Below are positions 51,301 through 63,890 of a stretch of 64,000 nt of DNA, in pieces. The DNA lies in contig NC_083417.1 in NCBI RefSeq assembly GCF_020745735.1, forward strand, positions 71,920,001 to 71,984,000. Direction: 5' to 3'. This DNA comes from Hemiscyllium ocellatum (taxonomy: Eukaryota). Each line of letters starts with the position of its first letter. The first letter of the stretch is position 1. Position numbers and translations under genes: made by a program. Below the pieces are notes generated by a model, which was not told where the DNA came from, did no database searches, and saw nothing but the letters and a program-made list of their open reading frames with translations.

Positions 51301-52000
51301 TAGTTCCACCTGCCTGCACTTGACCGATATCCCTCCAAATGTTTCTTATTCATGTACTTAACCAATGTCTTTTAAATGCTGTCACTCTATCTTTATACAT
51401 CACTTTCTCTGGCAGTTTGTTTCACAAACAAACCACTCTCTGTGTAATAAAATTGCCCCTCGTGTCCTTTTAAATCTTTCTTGTCTCACCTGAAAAATAT
51501 GCCTCCTAGTATTGAACTCACCCATCCTAGAGAAAAGACTCTTGCCATTCACTTTATCTATGCCCCTCATGATTTTATAAACCCCAATGATGTCAGCCCT
51601 CAATCTCCTAACTCCAGCCTTACCAGTCTATTTTTATATCTCAAACCATCCATTTCCAGTCACATCCTGGCAAATCTTTCTTGAACCCTCTCCAGTTGAA
51701 TAATATCCTTCCTATAACAGGGCAAAAAGAACTGCACACAATACTCCAGAAGATACCACACCAACATTCTGTTAATTTTCAACATGACATACCAGCAGAG
51801 AAAAAATGATAGAGGAGGGTTATCGTCAGCTATTACAGCATGGATAGAGATTGTAGATAACAGCACAAGAATATCGTAGTTATATATACATATAGTGCTT
51901 TCACATTCAAAGTAATACATAGCATCCTAGTTTGGTTGGGAAGGTGTAAACATGCTAATTAATTTTAATAAAAATCAAAAGATCTGCCAAAGGTGTAAAT
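48330..52000 (+). repeat. Segmental repeat copy A3, truncated
   Basis: Collinear with A2 up to AAGGTGTAAAT, then replaced by a CR1. Confidence 0.93.
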
Positions 52001-53673
52001 TCTTTTCGTCAGTATTCACTCAGGAACGGGACTCTGTTGCTGGTGTGAATATTGAGTCACAAGTGATTAGAATGGATGGCCTTGAAGTATGTAGGGAGGA
52101 GGTTTTGGGAATACTGGAAAGGATGAAAATAGATAAGTCTCCTGGGCCGGATGGCATTTACCCTAGGATCCTCTGGGAAGCTAGGGAGGAGATAGCAGAG
52201 CCATTGGCTGTGATTTTTATGTCGTCCTTGTCAACGGGAATAGTACCAGAAGACTGGAGGATAGCGAATGTGGTCCCCTTGTTCAAGAAGGGGAGTAGGG
52301 CCAGCCCGAGTAACTATAGGCCAGTGAGTCTCACTTCTGTTGTGGGCAAAGTCTTAGAGAGAATTGTAAGGGATAAGATTTATGAACATCTGGATAGGAA
52401 TAATGTGATCAAGGATAGTCAGCATGGTTTTGTGAAGGGCAGGTCGTGCCTCACAAACCTTATTGAGTTCTTTGAGAAGGTGACTAAGGAGGTGGATGAG
52501 GGTAAAGCAGTAGATGTGGTGTATATGGATTTTAGCAAGGCGTTCGATAAGGTACCCCATGGTAGGCTAATGCAAAAACTACGGAGGTATGGCATTAAGG
52601 GTGCATTAGAGGTTTGGATTAGGAATTGGCTGGCTGGAAGGAGACAGAGGGTAGTAGTTGATGGACTAGGTTCATCTTGGAGTGCAGTTACTAGCGGTGT
52701 ACCACAGGGATCTGTTTTGGGACCGTTGCTGTTTGTCATCTTTATAAATGATCTAGAGGAGGGGCTTGAAAGCTGGGTGAGCAAGTTTGCGGATGACACA
52801 AAGGTCGGTGGAGTTGTGGACAGTGAAGAAGGATGTGGCAGGTTACAGCGGGATATAGATAGGTTGCAGAGCTGGGCAGAAAGGTGGCAGATGGAATTCA
52901 ATGTAGCTAAGTGTGAAGTCATTCACTTTGGTAGTAGTAACAAGAAGATGGATTACTGGGCTAATGGTAGGCTACTTGGTAGTGTGGATGAGCAGAGGGA
53001 TCTTGGTGTCCATGTACACAGATCTCTGAAAGTTGCCACCCAGGTAAATAGTGCTGTGAGGAAGGCATATGGTGTACTGGGCTTTATTGGTAGAGGAATT
53101 GAGTTCCGGAGTCCTGAGGTCATGATGCAGTTGTATAAGACTCTGGTGCGGCCTCATCTGGAGTATTGTGTGCAGTTTTGGTCGCCATACTATAGGAAGG
53201 ATGTGGAGGCATTGGAACGAGTGCAGAGGAGGTTTACCAGGATGTTGCCTGGCATGGTAGGAAGATCGTATGAGGAAAGGCTGAGGCACTTGGGGATGTT
53301 TTCATTGGAGAAAGGAAGGTTTAGGGGTGACTTGATAGAGGTGTACAAGATGATTAGGGGTTAGATAGGATTGACAATGAGAACCTTTTTCCACGTATGG
53401 AGTCAGCTATTACGAGGGGGCATAGCTTTAAATTGAGGGAGGTAGGTATAGAACAGATGTTAGGGGTAGATTCTTTACTCAGCGAGTCATGAGTTCATAG
53501 AATGCCCTGCCAGCAGCAATGGTGAACTCTCCCTCTTTATGGGTATTTAAACGGGCATTGGATAGGCATATGGAGGATAGTGGGCTAGTGTAGGTTAGGT
53601 GGGCTTGGGTCGGCGCAACATCGAGGGCCAAAGGGTCTGTACTGCGCTGTATTTTTCTATGTTGTATGTTCTA
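52001..53673 (+). mobile_element. Young 5'-truncated CR1 with about 450 uninterrupted RT codons
   Basis: ORF 51952-53364 (first 16 codons are flank) has all RT motifs and is terminated by a 1-nt loss near 53360. Tail ttctatgttgtatgttcta. Confidence 0.96.
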
Positions 53674-54099
53674 ATACTGATTGGTTGTCACCAGGTTTTA
53701 GTCCAAGGTTAAATACAGTCATAAAAGCATAAAAGCTTTGACAAAGGGTCAGACTCGAAACATCAGCTCTTTTGTCTCCTTACAGATGCTGTCAGACCTG
53801 CTGAGATTTTCCAGCATTTTCTCTTTTGGTTAAATACAGTCAGTTGCATCTGAGAGGCGGGTAGGATTCTGCACCATAAGACCTTAGGGACGGATTTAGG
53901 CTAATCGGTTCATCAACCTTGCCCACCATTTGATCATGGCAGATATTTTCCTCAACCTTATTCTCTCGTCTACTCCCCAGAACCTTTGATTCACTTACTA
54001 GTCAAAAACCTATCCATCTTTATCCACTCAACATTAATAGTAGAAATATTAGGGATAGCAGATTTGGGGCCATACTGCAGCATATGGTTAGTGGGCCTT

Positions 54100-54485
54100 G
54101 GAGGTAGATGCACCAGGAATGAGAACGAATTTGGGATTGAGATGTGACCTCGTAGAGATTCATAAAACCATGAAGAATATTCTTAGGATTAATGGTAGGT
54201 ATTTTTCCCTAGAACAGAGGATTTTAAGACAAGGGGAAGGTGTATATTTTTAAGGTAAGAGGAGGGAGATTGAAAAAAAGACGTGGGGGACAACATTTTT
54301 ACACAGAATCTGGTTCGTGTGTGGAATTAACTTTCTGCGCAAGTGATGGATGTGGGCGCAGTTACAATGTTTAAAAGACACTTTGATAAGCACGTGAATA
54401 CAAACGGTTTGCAGGAGCAGGCAGGTGGGGCTAATTTAGTTTGGTTTAGACTGCAGAGTCTGTCTCAATGCTGTATGACTACATA
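54100..54485 (+). mobile_element. Old CR1 3' fragment
   Basis: gagattcataaaaccatg...ttttacacagaatctgg...gtgtggaattaac...acatttaaaagacac-like CR1 end. Confidence 0.55.
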
Positions 54486-55380
54486 ATTTAGAAGTTAATT
54501 GCAGAAGATTTTTTTCTTTATCACTGAAACTAGCAATCATAACTTATGGTCTCACTCAGCTAATCTGAAATCAATAAATGGCAATCACACAAAGCTCAGC
54601 GCTGAGCAATAGAGTAAAGAAAACCGAATAGAAGTATCCCAGACAGGAAATGCATCATGTAAAAGCTTTTTCAGACCACACAGGTTTTGTTAAACGTGAA
54701 CTTGTACCCATCACCTAGAGCATGTAAAAGGAATGAACAGCAATAAACAGTGAAAGGAGACTGTGCTTTATGGAATTGTTAGTGAAGAATAGGAAACTCG
54801 GAGCAAGGAATGGGGAAGAAAGGGAATATACAATGAATTATGTTAAAGTGCCCAAGTCAGTGGATATGACAACTGGTTTAGCTAGATTACATCTCAAAAG
54901 TTTATGGAAACACATTACCAGATAGAAAGGTCTATGAAAGGATTATTTATAAATCAGCATGAGGAAGGACCTTTTGGATCAGGAAACTAAATACTTAAGT
55001 TTCTAGCAACGAATTGATATGACAACTGAAGAAGACCCAGGGCAAATAACTTAGTAATACAGAGCATCAACGACACTTAGCAGACTAAGTCTTTATTAAA
55101 AGTGTAGTGAAATGCTGTATAAGATATAAACCGGACTGGATGACATATGCAGTCATCAGATCGATTTGTTTAAACTTGGAGAATAGATTTTAAAAAATGA
55201 CAGTTTTCTTTAAAAGGAACCGCACAAAAGCCTATAATATGACACAACAAACATTCTATCTCCTGACGATGGTATCATGCTGAGGGTATCACACTAGGAG
55301 GAAAGAATGGGACTCATAGGATAATCGACTGGGTGAAGGTTACTGAAGAGTTTAAATCTGGTACACCAATAATACGAAGG

Positions 55381-55571
55381 AGGAGAAAGTGAGGGCTGTA
55401 GATCAGAATCAAGAATGTGGTGCTGGAAAAGCACAGTAGGTCAGGCAGCATCCGAGGAGCAGGAAAACCTTCATCAGGAATGGTGGTGAAGGGATTATGC
55501 CTGAAACGTCGATTCTCCTGCTCCTCAGATGCTGCCAGACCTGCTGTGCTTTTCCAGCAACACACTCTCGA
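55381..55571. mobile_element. Third head-to-head pLTR pair
   Basis: gtgctggaaaagcacagtaggtcaggcagcatccgaggagcagg ... cctgctcctcagatgctgccagacctgctgtgcttttccagcaac. Confidence 0.75.
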
Positions 55572-58500
55572 AATCAATAATATGAAACATGCCATGCAAT
55601 GTAATCCAAACTATTTGGAGGTACACTGTAAACAAGAACAGACTAAACCTTTAGCTCTGCAGGTCGATTCTAAAAGCACAATATTTTTCTTTGGCTTATG
55701 CATTCATAACTGACCAGTAACCAACAAGTTAAGATTCTGTAATGGACCAAACTGGCTTCAGAGAAAATTCTGTGTTGTCACCACACACTGTGATGTCTGA
55801 TGAATAAGATGCTCCAAACTGGAAATCCAAATCTGGGTAATTTCAACTGCTCAGAATGTGAATACTTGATAAGATATGGTACTGGCACATTAGTTTCATT
55901 TAGCTGCACTTGAAATGAAATTAACATGGGATCATGAGCCAGTTCCATCTATTCCACTATTTAAATGTTATCTCTACCAGTAATGTGTCAGTGACATACG
56001 GGATCTGTACTAGTACTGGGTTTGTGACAGAGTGGGGGGCCTGTACCCAGTACTGGGTCTGTGACAGTGTAGGGTCTGTGACAGCGTGGGGTCCGTACCA
56101 GTACTAGATCTCTGAGAGTGTGAGGTCGGTACTAGAACTGGGTCTGTAACAGTGAGGGGTCTATACCAGTGCGGGGTTTCTGACAGTATGGGGTCATTAC
56201 CAGTACTGGGTCTCTGACAGTGTGGGGTCTGTACCAGTACTGGGTCTGTGACAGTGTGGGGTCTGTACCAGTACTGGATCTGTGACAGGGTAGGGTCTGT
56301 AGCAGTACTGGATCAGTGATAGTGCGGGGTTTGTACCAGTACTGGGTCTGTGAGAGTGTGGGGTCTGCATGGTACTGGGTCTGTGACAGTGTGGGGTCTG
56401 TACCAGTAGTGCATCTGTGACAGTGCGGTGTCTGTAGCAGTACTGGGTCTCTGACAGTGTGGGATCTGTACCGCACTGTGTCTCTACCAGTGTGGAGTCT
56501 GTACCAGTACTGGGTCTGTGTCAGTGTGGTGTCTGCACCAATGCTGCGTCTGTGACAGTACGGTGTCTGTAGCAGTACTGGGTCTCTGACAGTGTGGGAT
56601 CTGTACCGCACTGTGTCTGTGACAGTGCAGAGTCTGTACCAGTGCTGGGTCAGTGTCGGTGTGAGGTCTGTATCTGTACTGGGTCTGCAACAGTGTGGAG
56701 TCTGTACCAGTACTGGGTCTGCGACAGTGCTGGGTCTGTACCAGAACTGGGTCTGTGACAGAGTGGGGTCTGCACCAGTGCTGGGTCTCTGACAGTGCGG
56801 GATCGGTAGCAGGACTGCATCTGTGAGAGTATAGAGACTGTACCAGTACTGGGTCTGTGTCGGTGTGGGGACTGTATCTGTACTGGGCATGTGACAGTGT
56901 AGAGTCTGTACCAGTACTGGGTCTCTGACAGTGTGGAGTGTGTACCAGTCCTGGGTCTGTGACAGTGAGGGGTCTGTACCAGTACTGGGTCTGTGACAGT
57001 GTGGAGTGTGTACCAGTCCTGGGTCTGTGACAGTGAGGGGTCTGTACCAGTACTAGGTCTGTGACACTGCGGAATCTGTACGAGTACTGCATCTGTGACA
57101 GTATGGTGTCTGCACCATTACTGAGTCTGTGACAGTGTAGGGTCTATGACAGTGCGTGGTGGTACCAGTACTAGATCTCCGACAGTGTGGGGTCGGTACG
57201 AGAACTGGATCTGTGATAGTGAAGGGTCTGTACCAGTGCGAGGTTTCAGACAGTGCGGGGTCATTACCAGTGCTGGATCTGTGATAGTGCGGGGTTTGTA
57301 CCAGTACTGGGTCTGTGACAGTGTGGAGTCTGTACCAGTACTGGGTCTGTGACAGTGCAGAGTCTGTACCAGTACTGGGCCTGTAACAGTGTGGAGTCTG
57401 TACCAGTACTGGGCCTGTGACAGTGTGGAGTCTGTACCAATACTGTGTCTGCTACAGTGTGGTGTCTGCACCAGTGCTACGTCTGTGACAGTACGGTGTC
57501 TGTACCAGTACTGGGTCTCTGACAGTGCGGGATCTGTTCCGCACTGCGTCTATGACAGTGTGGGGTCTGTACCAGTACTGGGTCAGTGTCGGTGTGCGGT
57601 CTGTATCTGTACTGGGTCTGTGACAGTGAGGGGTCTGTACCATCACTGGGTATGTGAGAGTGTGGAGCCTGTACCAGTACTGGGTCTGCGACAGTGCTGG
57701 GTCTGTACCAGTACTGGGTCTCTGACAGTGCAGGATCGGTAGCAGTTCTGCGCCTGTGAGAGTATAGAGACTGTACCAGTACTGGGTCTGTGTCGGTGTG
57801 GGGTCTGTATCTATACTGGTATGTGACAGTGTGGAGTCTGTACAATTACTGGGTTTCTGACAGTGTGGAGTCTGTACCAGTCCTGGGTCTGTGATAGTGA
57901 GGGGTCTGTACCAGTACTGGGTCTGTGACACTGCGGGGTCTGTACCAGTACTGGGTCTGTGACAGTTAGGGGTCTGTACCAGTACTGCGTCTTTTGGTGT
58001 GGGGTCTGTATCTGCACTTGGTCTGTGACAGTGTGGTGTCTGCACCAGTACTGAGTCTGTGACAGTGCAGGGTCTGTACCAGTACTGGGTCTGTGACACT
58101 GTGGGGTCTGTACCAATGCTGGGTCTGTGACAGTGCGGGGTCTGTGACAGTACTGGATCAGTGACAGTATCAGGTCTGTACCAGTATTGGGTATGTGATT
58201 GTGCGGATCTGTACTAGTACTGGATCTGTGACATTGTGGATTCTGTACCAGTAGTGCGTCTGCGACAGTGTGGAGTCTGTACCAGTACCGGATCTGTGGC
58301 AGTGAGGGGTCTGTACCAGTACTGGGTCTGTGTCGATGTGGGGTCTGTAACTGTACTGGGTATGTGACAACATGGGGTCTATACCAGTACTGTGTCTCTG
58401 CCAGAGAGGGGTCGGTACCAGTACTGGGTCTGTGACAATGTAGAGTCTGTAACAGTAGAAGGTCTGCGACAGTGCTGGGTCTGTACCAGTACTGGTTCTG

Positions 58501-61500
58501 TGACAGTGCAGAGTCTGTACCAGTGCTGGGCTTGTGACAGTGTGGAGTCTGTACCAGTGCTGGCTCTGTGACAGTGTGGAGGCTGTACCAGTACTGTGCC
58601 TGTGTAGAGCCTATACCACTACTGGATCAGTGACAGTGTGGAGTCTGCACCAGTACTGAGCCTGTGTCAGTGACGTGTCTGTACCAGTACTGGGTCTGTG
58701 ACAGTGTGGAGTCTGCACCAGTACCGGATCTGTGGCAGTGAGGGGTCTGTACCAGTACTGGGTTTGTGACAGTGCGGGGTCTGTACCGGTATTTGGTCTA
58801 TGACAGTGCGGGGTCTGTACCATTACTGGGTCTGCAGCAGTGCAGAGATTGTACCAGTACGGTGTCTGTGACATTGTGGAGTCTGTAGCAGTAGTGGGTC
58901 TGCGACAATGTGGAGGGTCTGTACCAGTACTGGGTATGTGACAGTGTTGACTCTGTACCAGTACTGGGTCTGTGACAGTGTGGTGTCTGCACCAGTGCTG
59001 CGTCTGTGACAGTACGGTGTCTCTACCAGTACTGGGTCTCTGACAGTGCGGGATCCATTCCGCACTGCGTCTATGACAGTGCGGGATCTGTACCAGTACT
59101 GGGTCAGTGTCGGTGTGCGGTCTGTATCTGTACTGGGTCTGTGACAGTGAGGGGTCTGTACCAGCACTGGGTATGTGAGAGTGTGGAGTCTGTACCAGTA
59201 CTGGGTCTCTGACAGTGCGGGATCGGTAGCAGGTCTGCGCCTGTGAGAGTATAGAGACTGTACCAGTACTGGGTCTGTGTCGGTGTGGGGTCTGTATCTA
59301 TACTGGTATGTGTCAGTGTGGAGTCTGTACAATTACTGGGTTTCTGACAGTGTGGAGTCTGTACCAGTCCTGGGTCTGTGACAGTGCGGGTTCTGTACCA
59401 GTACTGGGTCTGTGACAGTTAGGGGTCTGTGCCAGTACTGAGTCTGTTGGTGTGGGGTCTGTATCTGCACTTGGTCTGTGACAGTGTGGTGTCTGCACCA
59501 GTACTGGTTCTGCGACAGTGCAGGATCTGTACTCTTACTGGGTCTGTGACAGTGTGGAGTCTGTACCAGAGCTGGCTCTGTGACAGTGTGGAGGCTGTAC
59601 CAGTACTGTGTCTGTGTCAATGAGGGTCTGTAGCAGTACTGGGTCTGTGACTGTGTGGAGTCTGCACCAGTACTGGGTCTGTGACAGTGCGGGGTCTGTA
59701 CTCTTACTGGGTCTGTGACAGTGCGGGGTCTGTACTCTTACTGGGTCTGTGACAGTGTGGAGTCTGTACCAGAGCTGGCTCTGTGACTGTGTGGAGCCTG
59801 TACCAGTACTTGGTATGCGATAGTGTGGAGTCTGTAACAGTAGTAGGTCTGCGACAGTATTGGGTCTGTACTAGTACTGGTTCTGTGTCGGTGTGGGGTC
59901 TGTAACTGTACCGGGTATGTGACAATATGGATTCTGTACCAGTACTGGGCCTGTGACTGTGTGGAGTCTGTACCAGTACTGTGCCTGTGACAGTGCAGGG
60001 TCTGTACCAGTACTGGGTCAGTGTCGGTGTGGGGCTGTATCTGTACTGGATATGTGACAGTGCGGAGTCTGTACCAGTATTGGGTCTCTGACAGTGTGGA
60101 GTCTGTACCAGTACTGGGTCTGTGACACTGCGGGATCTGTACCAGTACTGGGTCTGTGACAGTTAGGGGTCTGAACCAGTACTGCGTCTGTGACAGTACG
60201 GTGTCTGTGCCCGTACTGGATGTGTGAGAGTGAGGGGTCTGTACCAGAATTGGGTCTGTGACACTGCAGGGTCTGTACCAGTACTGGGTCTGTGATAGTG
60301 CAGGGTCTGTACCAGTACTAGATGTGTGACAGTGCGGAGCCTGTACCAGTACTGGGTGTGTGACAGTGTGGTGTATGTACCAGTACAGGTCTCTGACGGT
60401 GTGGGGTCTGTACTAGCACTGGGTCTGTGACAGTGTGGGGTTTGTACCAGTACTGGATCAGTGACAGTGCAGGGTCTGTATCAGTACTGGACCAGTGACA
60501 GTTCGGGATCAGTACCAGTATTGGGTCTGTGACAGTGCAGGTTTGGACGAGTACTGGATCTGTGACAGTGAAGAGTCTGTAGCAGAACTGGATCTGTGAC
60601 AGTACGGTATCTGTACCAGTACTGGGTCTCTGACAGTGAGGTGTCTGTACCAGTACTGGCGTGTGACAGTGAGGTGTCTGTACTAGTATTGTTTTTGTGA
60701 CAGTGCAGGGTTTGTACCAGTACTGTGTCTGAGTCCGTGCAGAGTCTGTACCAGTACTGTGTCTGTAACATGGTGGAGTCTGTCCCAATACTGGGTCTCT
60801 GACAGTGTGGAGTCTGTACTCGTACTGGGTCTGTGACAGTGAGGGGTCTGTACCAGTACTGGGTGTGTGACAGTGAGGTGTTTGTACGAGTATTGGTTTT
60901 GTGACAGTGTGGTGTCTGTACCAGTAGTGGGTCTGCAACAGTGTTGGGCCTGTACCGGTACTGCATCTGTGACAGTATGGGGTCATTACAAGTACTGGGT
61001 CTGTGACAGTGTGGAGCCTGTACCAGTATTTGATCTATGACAGTGCGGGGACTCGACCAGTACTGGGTCTGACGCACTGCCGAGTCTGTACCAGTACTTG
61101 GTCTGTGACATTATGGAGTCTGTACCAGTACTGGGTCTGCGACAGTGTGGAGTCTGTACCAGTACTGGGTCTGCAGCAGTGCAGGACCTGTACCAGCACT
61201 GGGTCTGTGATAGTGAGGGATCCGTTCCTACTGGGTCTGAGTCAGTGCTGTCGGTACCAGTACTGTGTCTGTGACACTGGGGAGTCTGTGCCAGTAGTAG
61301 GTTCGCGACAGTGTGGAGTAAGTACCAGTACAGTGTCTGCGACAGTGCCGGGTCTGTGCCAGTACTGGGTCTTTGACAGTGTGGGGTCTACACTAGTATT
61401 GGGTCTGTGACAGTGTGGGGTCTGTACCAGTAGTGCATCTGGGACAGTGCGGGGTCTGGACCAGTACTGGGTCTGTGACATTCTGGAGTCTGTACCAGTA

Positions 61501-61707
61501 GTGGGTCTGCAACAATGTGGTGTCTGTACCAGTACAGGGTCTGTGCCAGTATTGGGTCTGTGACAGTGTGGAGTCCGTACCAGTACTGTGTCTGCGACAG
61601 TGCAGGGTCTGTACCAGTACTGGATCAGTGACAGTTAGGAGTCTGTACCAGTACTGGATCTGTGACAGTGAAGGGTCTGTAGCGGAACTGGATCTGTGAT
61701 GGTAGAG

Positions 61708-62383
61708 TGGGTGAGTACCATGCCTCTAGGAATTCCCTGGCTGTTTTCTGTTTGGCTTGTCCTATAATAGTAGTGTTGTCCCAGTTGACCTCATGTTGAT
61801 TGTCATCCACGTGTGTGACTACTAAGGATAGCTGGTTGTGTCGTTTCGTGGCTAGTTGGTGTTCATGGGTACGGATCGTTAGCTGTCTTCCTGTTTGTCA
61901 TACCCAGCATGAGCAAAAACAACGTAGAGTACAAAATCTCATGCAAGGACTGCACAAAACACTACACAGGACAAACAGGAAGACAGCTAACAATTCGTAT
62001 CCATGAACACCAACTAGCCACGAAACGACACAACCAGCTATCCTTAGTAGCCACACACGCAAATGACACGCAACATGAGTTCGACTGGAACAACACTACT
62101 ATTATAGGACAAGCTAAACAGAGAACAGCCAGGGAATTCCTAGAGGCATGGCACTCACCCACAGATTCTATCAACAAACACATCGACCTGGACCCAATAT
62201 AACCGGCCACTGCAACGGACAGCAACTGACAACCGAAAGCGACAGATTCAAACCACGATAAATGCCGGAGGAAACATCACAGAAGCGCTTCACCGGAGGC
62301 TCCCAAGCACTGAGTATGTCACCTAGACAGGGGACGAAACGTCTGCAACACAAATTCCCAGCTCGGCGATCAGAATCTCAACA
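61708..62383 (+). mobile_element. Poseidon-type PLE 3' end (GIY-YIG plus terminal repeat) with an inverted duplication, inserted in the satellite
   Basis: NNVEYKISCKDCTKHYTGQTGRQLTIRIHEH...FDWNNTTIIG...REFLEAWHS. 61708-61899 is the reverse complement of 61970-62161. Confidence 0.9.
62307..62346 (+). ncRNA. Hammerhead motif with extended stem II and a core mutation
   Basis: GCA CTGAGTA T GTC ACCTAGACAGGG GAC GAAAC GTC TGC: stem I GCA/UGC, stem II GUC/GAC, core position 8 is U instead of G. Confidence 0.65.
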
Positions 62384-62869
62384 CTCTACTGGATATGTGA
62401 CACTGCAGCATCTGTATCAGTACTGGGTCTGAGACAGTGCTGGGTCTGTATCAGTACTCGATCTGTGACAGTGCGGGGTCTGTATCAGTACTGGGTCTGA
62501 GACAGTGCGGGGTCTGTATCAGTACTGCGTCTGAGACAGTGCTGGGTCTGTATCAGTACTGGATCTGTGACAGTGCGGGGTCTGTGCCAGTACTGGGTCT
62601 GGTAGCCAGACAGATAATGTATGTCAACCAGACATGGAAAAAAAAACATATTATTAACGTATTATTGACATTGGAACTCTTGCTCAGTAATTTGAACAAG
62701 TTGCCGAAAAGTAGCGAGAACGAAGGTAATATGCAGAAAATACACCGCAGTTTACCCGATATGTACGAACAAGTATTAGGTTTAACAGGCAATGCAATGT
62801 TTTCAAACGTTCATAATTTTTAATTGTATCATCGCTGTTCCACTTAGAAATTGTCTTTGGATGTCGATG

Positions 62870-63214
62870 CGAGGAATATTTTTACGCTTTATTGAACAGA
62901 TACAATTTCGCAACATGAAAGAACAATGACCGGTTGGCCGATTCGCTTCTTTTCTGCTGAAGAGAGCAATGGTGTTGTTTACATCCCAGACTGGCTGCAT
63001 AAATAACAGTGAATGTGGGACTAGTGTACGCGTTATGTAAGAGAGGGAGAGAAACTGTGTGCGTGTGTCTATCGCTATGCATGTGTGTATGAGAAGAGAG
63101 TAATGTGCGAAAGAGTAACAGAGATAGGTATATGAGTTAGAGCGTGGTGTGAGTATGAAATAGTTTAGAGATAGGGGCAGTAACTCGAAGTGAGATTTGC
63201 GATGCACAGTGCAC
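62870..63214 (-). other. Candidate non-coding terminal (3' UTR) exon
   Basis: Minus-strand acceptor ttttattttcggttttttagtagttcag|G at 63215/63214 and AATAAA at 62893-62888. The 3' end is estimated. Confidence 0.5.
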
Positions 63215-63890
63215 CTGAACTACTAAAAAACCGAAAATAAAATCTGTGGATGCTCATAATTAGAGATATCACTGTACGAGACGCAGGCAGTGAAAGATTA
63301 AGGTGCGTGTGGGTGAATGGTGGTTAGGCGAGGGAGAGAGGGAGAGCTGCTTGTTGGGCACAGCTCTAATTAAGGGATGTTTACTGGATAAGTGAGTGTG
63401 AGATCCCCATGCAATGAACAACGACTGAGAAATGATTGCGATAGCAACACGGTCTGAATGATGATACTGTAAACGGGTGCTGCATGTGTAAGAGACAGCA
63501 AGGAGAAATTGAAGTGTCAGGTGACAGTGGTGATGTGGTGGTGGCGGTTGGATTGGGGGGACAAGTCGCACGACACCGACTTACAGTCCAACAGGTTTAT
63601 GTGAAATCTTAAGCTCCCTGGTCAGGACTTCACCTGGTGTCCTGTGACACAGTGAGTGCGAGGTGGGTGTTAGCACTGAACGACACGTCAGCATTCAGTG
63701 ATAGGGTTCATTCTTTTCTTACAGTATGTACTGAATTGATAAGAAAGTAAAGGGTCAGCCAATGTCTCGCGCATCCATCCGTGCAGATACCGAATGTCAC
63801 TAATGAAGGATGATATATTTTGTTTCCTGCATTAAAAAAAGTCCTTTAATCTAGTTACAATGATGCAAGCAACAAATGATCCCCTTACCT

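Larger units (their letters stand above)
55990..62600. repeat. Satellite/minisatellite array, 34-bp dimer of related 17-mers, about 6.6 kb including a PLE insertion
   Basis: Consensus GTCTGTACCAGTACTGG + GTCTGTGACAGTGTGGA, with a 10-bp palindrome CCAGTACTGG in most dimers. Confidence 0.96.

Noticed and set aside
51952-53364. 470-aa ORF as a domesticated RT gene
   Set aside because: 5'-truncated CR1. The start comes from flanking unit A3, the end is a frameshift, and it is nearly identical to other young copies.
56132-61699. Many 60-250 aa ORFs with QTPHCHRPSTGTDP-like repeats
   Set aside because: Translation artefacts of the 34-bp satellite. The period is not a multiple of 3, ORFs occur in all minus frames, and they are broken by random stops.
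55990-62600. Palindrome-containing short repeats resembling a CRISPR array
   Set aside because: No unique spacers, degenerate monomers, no cas genes, eukaryotic context.
62803-63207. 134-aa and 66-aa minus ORFs
   Set aside because: They lie in the predicted 3' UTR exon, are compositionally biased (CA/CT-rich) and are not protein-like.
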